This document shows, one piece after another, positions 20,209 to 24,944 of a DNA stretch of 24,944 nucleotides. The first letter of the stretch is position 1; each line of letters begins with the position of its first letter. Under the pieces are notes generated by a model. The model was not told where the DNA came from. It made no database searches and saw nothing but the letters and a program-made list of their open reading frames with translations. The stretch is from Octopus sinensis. Lineage: Eukaryota. The position numbers and the translations under genes were made by a program. The DNA lies in assembly GCF_006345805.1 (NCBI RefSeq), contig NW_021836277.1, positions 1 to 24,944 of the forward strand. Reading direction: 5' to 3'.

Positions 20209-20437
20209 CTTTAAAGAAAAGATGCTACAGACTATTGCTATGATCAGATCTGATTCACTCTAATCCGAATATCTTAACTTCAGTCACGCTGTTTTCGGCA
20301 TTGATGTGTAAATGCATAATCCAACCTTTCTTTTTTTTTCCTTTCTTGTAGGCCATAGAATGATACGAGTTTCCTTCGATTTTGTCGAAAATGGCGTGTA
20401 AGAGATGGTATGATAGCTTTCAGTAACATGTCATTGA

Positions 20438-21075
20438 AAGGCCAGCGAGCAGACAAACTTGTTAGTCCGCTAGACAAAATGTCTTGAGACATTTCTTCCG
20501 GTTCTTTACGTCCTGAGTTCAAATGCTGCCAAGGAAGACTTACTTAATTTTTTCTTTTGGGGACGCGTTAAAAAAAAACACCTCTTTCTTTACTACCCAC
20601 AAGGGGCTAAACACAGAGAGGACAAACAAGGACATACAAACAGATTAAGTCGATTATATCGACCCCAGTGCGTGACTGGTACTTATTTAATCGACCCCGA
20701 AAGGCTGAAAGGCAAAGTCGACCTCAGCAGAATTTGAACTCAGAACGTAGCGGCAGACGAAATACCTATTTCCTATTTCTTTACTACCCACAAGGGGCTA
20801 AACACAAGGGGAACAAACAAGGACATACAAACAGATTAAGTCGATTATATCGACCCCAGTGCGTAACTGGTACTTATTTAATCGACCCTGAAAGGATGAA
20901 AGGCAAAGTCGACCTCGGCGGAATTTGAACTTAGAACGTAGCGACAGACGAAATACTGCTAGGCATTTCGCCCGTCGTGCTAACGTTTACTGCCAGCTCA
21001 CCGCCTTGCGTTAAAAAATTACCAGTGAAGCAATGAAGTCGATATGATCGAGTTCCCCACCCTTTGAAATTGCAA
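20438..21075 (+). mobile_element. Old family-D SINE split by an antisense B-type dimer
   Basis: Head AAGGCCAGCGAGCAGACAAA...GAGTTCAAATGCTGCC before 20575, continuing as TTACCAGTGAAGCAATGAAGTCGATATGATCGAG after 21018. Confidence 0.7.
20576..21007 (-). mobile_element. Dimeric B-type SINE
   Basis: Two tandem ~185-bp units, only the first with the A-box head. 11-bp TSD GCGTTAAAAAA at 20565-20575 and 21008-21018. Confidence 0.88.
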
Positions 21076-21562
21076 TTATTGTGCCAAAAAGACATAATGT
21101 CTTATTGCAGTTGTACATGTAGAAACGATATAAGACGTATATTTATGATATAAACATATATTTATGGCAAAACAGAAAGATAGCTTCGTGTTCTGTCTGC
21201 AGTTATGTACTTGGATTATTATTAGAAAATCTAGACGAAATATTTTATTAACAAATGTATTTTTAACATTATGCATTCCATAATGTTATCTGTAATAACA
21301 TTTGTAGTTAGTTACCTCATGAAAACGAATGGCCATCGAAATATAACACCACCCGTCTGTTTTGGCATTGCGTACAGAGATTTGACTGCTATTTCACGGA
21401 TTCGAGCTATCGCGTAGAAGCCTCCTCATTGACTCGTTATACGATGAATGTTTGTCGTATTCGTGACATAAGTGACGAATGCTGTGTGCGTGTGTCTGTA
21501 TGTAAATGTGTCTATGTGAGTGTATGTCTATCAATTTGAGAGTGTGCGTGTGTGTACTTCAC

Positions 21563-22000
21563 TGAAATGGACGAATGGCTAACGGATTCGCACCACAATC
21601 CTAAAGTCCCATGTTCAATACCAGGGCGTTGCATCTTATGCGAGTATCTGTTTCTTTATTACCCACAAGGGGCTAAACATAGAGGGGACAAACAAGGACA
21701 GACAAACGGATTAAGTCGAGTACATCGACCCCAGTGCGTAACTGGTACTTAATTTATCAACCCCGAAAGGATGAAAGGCAAAGTTGACCTCGGTGGAATT
21801 TGAACTCAGAACGTAACGGCAGACGAAATACGGCTACGCATTTCGCCCAGCGTGCTAACGTTTCTGCCAGCTCGCTGCCTTATGCCAGAATCTTGAACGA
21901 AAGTTTCCAGTCGATCCAAGTCTTGTGAGTGAAACTGAGCCGACAGAAACTATGTAGAAGCCTGCCTGATGGATTGTACCAGTAATTTCAACAGGGCTAG
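21563..22000 (+). mobile_element. Old E-type SINE with the start of a T1 tail, split by a B-type SINE
   Basis: After the insert: GTCGATCCAAGTCTTGTGAGTGAAACTGAGCCGACAGAAACTATGTAGAAGCCTGCC (E-like), then TTGTACCAGTAATTTCAACAGGGCT (T1 start). Confidence 0.6.
21650..21880 (-). mobile_element. Monomeric B-type SINE
   Basis: Matches one unit of 20576-21007. Degenerate TSD CTTATGCGAGTATCT / CTTATGCCAGAATCT at 21635-21649 and 21879-21893. Confidence 0.86.
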
Positions 22001-22178
22001 TTTTATAATGCTATATTTCGCTGCTTCTGCCTAAGAATTGCAGTAATAGAACATCATTACCCGGTCGGGTGACTTTTCTGAAACATTGTTTCCGTTTACT
22101 CCTGTTTTCATCCTTTTTCTTTATTTTTTTCATCATGTCTTCATTTAGTTGTTCGATGCTGAGTTTATATTTCGTATC

Positions 22179-22577
22179 GTGGAGGCGCAATGGCCCAGTG
22201 GTTAGGGCAGCGGACTCGCGGTCATAGGATCGCGGTTTCGATTCCCAGACCGGGCGTTGTGAGTGTTTATTGAGCAAAAACACCTAAAAGCTCCACGAGG
22301 CTCCGGCAGGGGATGGTGGTGATCCCTGCTGTACTCTTTCACCACAACTTTCTCTCACTCTTACTTCCTGTTTCTGTTGTACCTGTATTTCAAAGGGCCG
22401 GCCTTGTCACTCTCTGTGTCACGCTGAATATCCCCGAGAACTACGTTAAAGGTACACGTGTCTGTGGAGTGCTCAGCCACTTACACGTTAATTTCACGAG
22501 CAAGCTGTTCCGTTGATTCGGATCAACCGGAACACTCGTCGTCGTAACCGACGGAGTGAAAAGGAAGAAGAAAAAAA
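22179..22577 (+). mobile_element. tRNA-derived SINE, family A (M1 + T1), with an A-rich tail
   Basis: Full-length copy. 11-bp TSD ATATTTCGTAT at 22167-22177 and 22578-22588. Confidence 0.92.
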
Positions 22578-22689
22578 ATATTTCGTATATTTCGGTTGCG
22601 TAGGGTTTTGCTATATTATGTTACAGGTTAATTCTGGCTTTATGATGTTCCTCGTTTCCGGCGTACTTCGAGACTGAATTCTTTATATT

Positions 22690-22904
22690 GGTTTCAAATA
22701 TTGACACAAGGCCAGCAATTTCGGGAAAGGCGTAAGTCGATGACACCAATCCCAGTGCTCAACTGGTAATTATTTTATCGACACTGAAAGAGTGAAAGGC
22801 AAAGTCGATCTCGGCAGAATTTGAACTCAAAAAGTAAAGACAGACGAAATTCCAGCTCCCCACCTTAGATGTGAAACGCTGACAGCATCGGGGTTCCCCA
22901 AGCG
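22690..22904 (-). mobile_element. Family-D SINE (internally deleted head) with a 38-bp 5' extension resembling the 3' end of 5S rRNA
   Basis: An 18-bp TSD, GACTGAATT(C/T)TTTATATT at 22672-22689 and 22905-22922, encloses both parts. Confidence 0.75.
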
Positions 22905-23005
22905 GACTGAATTTTTTATATTACCATCCGGTATATGTCACGTGCAGCTATAGTTATCTGTTAAATGTATGTACTACAGTGTTTATGACGGAGATTTATA
23001 TCTCA

Positions 23006-23326
23006 GTGAAGGCGCGTGGCATAGTGGTTAGAGCATTCGGTTCACGGTTGTGATTTCGAAACCCGGCCGCCCGGCTGTTGAGTCCTTGAGCAAAACGCTT
23101 TATTCCACGATATTCCAGTCCACTCAGCTGGCAAAAATGAGTTGTGCCTGTAATTCAAAGAGCCAGCCTTGTTGCCTTCTGTGTTACGCTGGATCTCCCT
23201 GAGAACTACGTTATGGGTACGCGTGCCTGTGAAGTACTCAGCCATTTGCACATTACTTCCACGAGCAGGCTGTCCTGTTGATCGTATCAACTGGAACCCT
23301 CGTCGTCGTAACTGACGGAGTTCCAG
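23006..23326 (+). mobile_element. tRNA-derived SINE (CORE-like M2 + T1)
   Basis: GTGAAGGCGCGTGGCATAGTGGTTAGAG head, CCTTGAGCAAAACGCTT...CACTCAGCTGGCAAAAATGAG middle, T1 tail ending GTCGTCGTAACTGACGGAGTTCCAG. Confidence 0.85.
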
Positions 23327-23417
23327 TTTTTGAGATTTCGTTTTTTCGTTTTTTTTTATAGAGATTTTACTGCTGTTGAATTATAAAATTCTAGGACTCT
23401 TTTTCCTTAGAGACAAA

Positions 23418-23506
23418 TTTCTTAATTGCTATTTGTACTTTCTTAATTACTATTTATACTTTCTTAATTATTATTTGTACTTTCTTAATTACTATTTGTA
23501 CTTTCT
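23418..23506. repeat. 21-bp tandem repeat x4.2
   Basis: TTTCTTAATT(G/A)CTATTTGTAC units at 23418, 23439, 23460 and 23481. Confidence 0.92.
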
Positions 23507-23647
23507 ATGAGGATAATTGGTTTGAGGAAAGATAAGAAATAGCTTGCTAGATGGTTGTAGTAGAAAGATATCCGGGGTACAATGTGATGTTTGGGTGGGG
23601 TGGCGTGGGGAATTGTTGTTCGGTTGGTGAGAGAGCATGTGTTTATT

Positions 23648-24264
23648 GATGCAGTTATTGTTGCTCACGTGGAATGCAGCGATTTAGAAATTGCAAACTT
23701 TTTAAATGTTGCAAGATATTTTTTTTTGCATAAACTTCGGATGGAATTTCAAGCCTTTGGCGGGAATGTTTCACCAAAATTCATCCAAAGTCTAAACATT
23801 ATCGATGGTGATCCTGGAAGCTCAGTGAAGACAAATGCCAAAGAATTCCGGGTGACATAGACGACTATTATGCGATACTAGTCTCATGGACTGAGTAGAA
23901 ACCAACCCTTATTTGCAAGGACACAGGAAAACCATTTGGTCTGTGCCAAACAGTAAGTTAACGAGGCTAAATACCCTCACGAATATGGCACGCATTGGTT
24001 CGCTTCTAATTCTTTTATTCTTTTTTTACTCTTTTACTTGTTTCAGTCATTTGACTGCAGCCATGCTGGAGCACAGCTTTTAGTCGAGCAAATCAACCCC
24101 AGGACTTATTCTTTGTAAGCCCAGTACTTATTTTATCGGTCTCTTTTGCCGAACTGCTAAGTTGCGGGGACGTAAACACACCAGTTTCGATTGTCAAGCG
24201 ATGTTGGGGTGACAAACACAGATACACAGACATACACACACACACGCGCACACACACACGCATA

Positions 24265-24296
<32 letters not shown>

Positions 24297-24944
24297 TACA
24301 TACACACACACATATATATATATGAACATACGACGGACTTCTTTCAGGCTTTGGTCGGCCCGAGGCTATTGTAGAAGACACTTGCCCAAGGTGCCACGCA
24401 GTGGGACTGAACCCGGAACCATGTGGTTGGTAAGCAAGCTACTTACCACAGAGCCACTCCTGCAACTAATGAGAAAATTTTCAATCAAAACCGAAATCCT
24501 TCCGATGTACCTCTCACTAAGTTTACGGCAACTGTGATTGTTTTAGGACTGGTTAGTAACGAACATCATGTTATACCACCTCACTTCATTCCACAGGCAC
24601 TTTCAAATTAAAGTTCCTATTTACGTTGAGTTACTGGAGACATTTGCTAAGCCCTGGACAGATGACGTACGCAGTGGAAGGGCATACGTGTTGCAACAAA
24701 ACTCAGCACATTCTCACAAAGTCAACGTAACCCAAGAATGATTGCCAGACAAACATTATGATTATGTAAAACCAAGCTTGAACTGTTAAACTTGGCAGAT
24801 TTCAATCCTATGGATTACTACGTTTGATGTGTTGTTGAAAAGGAGAGTCATTGACTTCCTTATAAAACCTTCACCGAAGGCCGCCAATTACCGAGGCGAT
24901 ATCCGTAATGAATAAAGACTATTTAGTGCCGACATGTCAACGAT
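23648..24944 (+). pseudogene. Decayed Tc1/mariner-superfamily transposase, DD37D (maT) type, interrupted by a SINE; runs off the window
   Basis: SDLEIANFLNVAR...IIDGDPGSSVKTNAKEFRV...HWFASN[SINE]EKIF...TKFTATVIVLGLVSNEHHVIPPHF/YVELLETFAKPW...YVLQQNSAHSHK...DFNPMDYYV*CVVE. There are 37 codons between the second and third catalytic positions after correcting a 1-nt indel. Confidence 0.85.
24011..24465 (-). mobile_element. Family-E SINE with a short internal deletion
   Basis: Matches 14206-14646 and 16314-16744. CTAAT is duplicated at 24006-24010 and 24466-24470. Confidence 0.9.

Noticed and set aside
83-22516. Repeated ORF MVVIPAVLFHHNFLSLLLPVSV... (83, 4389, 9238, 22313) as a multicopy small gene
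   Set aside because: It lies wholly inside family-A SINEs bounded by TSDs; it repeats because the SINE repeats.
23330-23645. Possible Penelope GIY-YIG C-terminal remnant on the minus strand
   Set aside because: Only faint similarity (NLSL...RIL*FNSSKI) broken by a tandem repeat; not supportable without a profile search.

Overview
AT-rich, repeat-saturated eukaryotic genomic DNA. The tRNA-headed SINE families and microsatellite load point to an octopus (octopod cephalopod); this is recognition from memory, not a database match. There is no intact protein-coding gene, RNA gene or CRISPR array. The window holds about 30 SINE copies or fragments built from interchangeable head, middle and tail modules (working names here: middles M1, M2/CORE-like, E and D/Meta-like; tails T1-T4), many with clear target-site duplications (TSDs). 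It also holds decayed Chapaev3-like and DD37D (maT) transposases, a CRE-type non-LTR endonuclease remnant, a non-autonomous Helitron, a 94-bp-arm foldback element, a Penelope-like fragment with a mutated minimal hammerhead ribozyme, and micro/minisatellites. A few unique-sequence islands look like phase-compatible exons of an unrecognised minus-strand gene (low to moderate confidence). The best leads are the SINE module matrix, a possible 5S rRNA/SINE chimeric retrocopy, repeated reuse of the same insertion site, and inverted SINE pairs flanking candidate exons. I see no convincing wholly new biological system. All alignments were done by eye.
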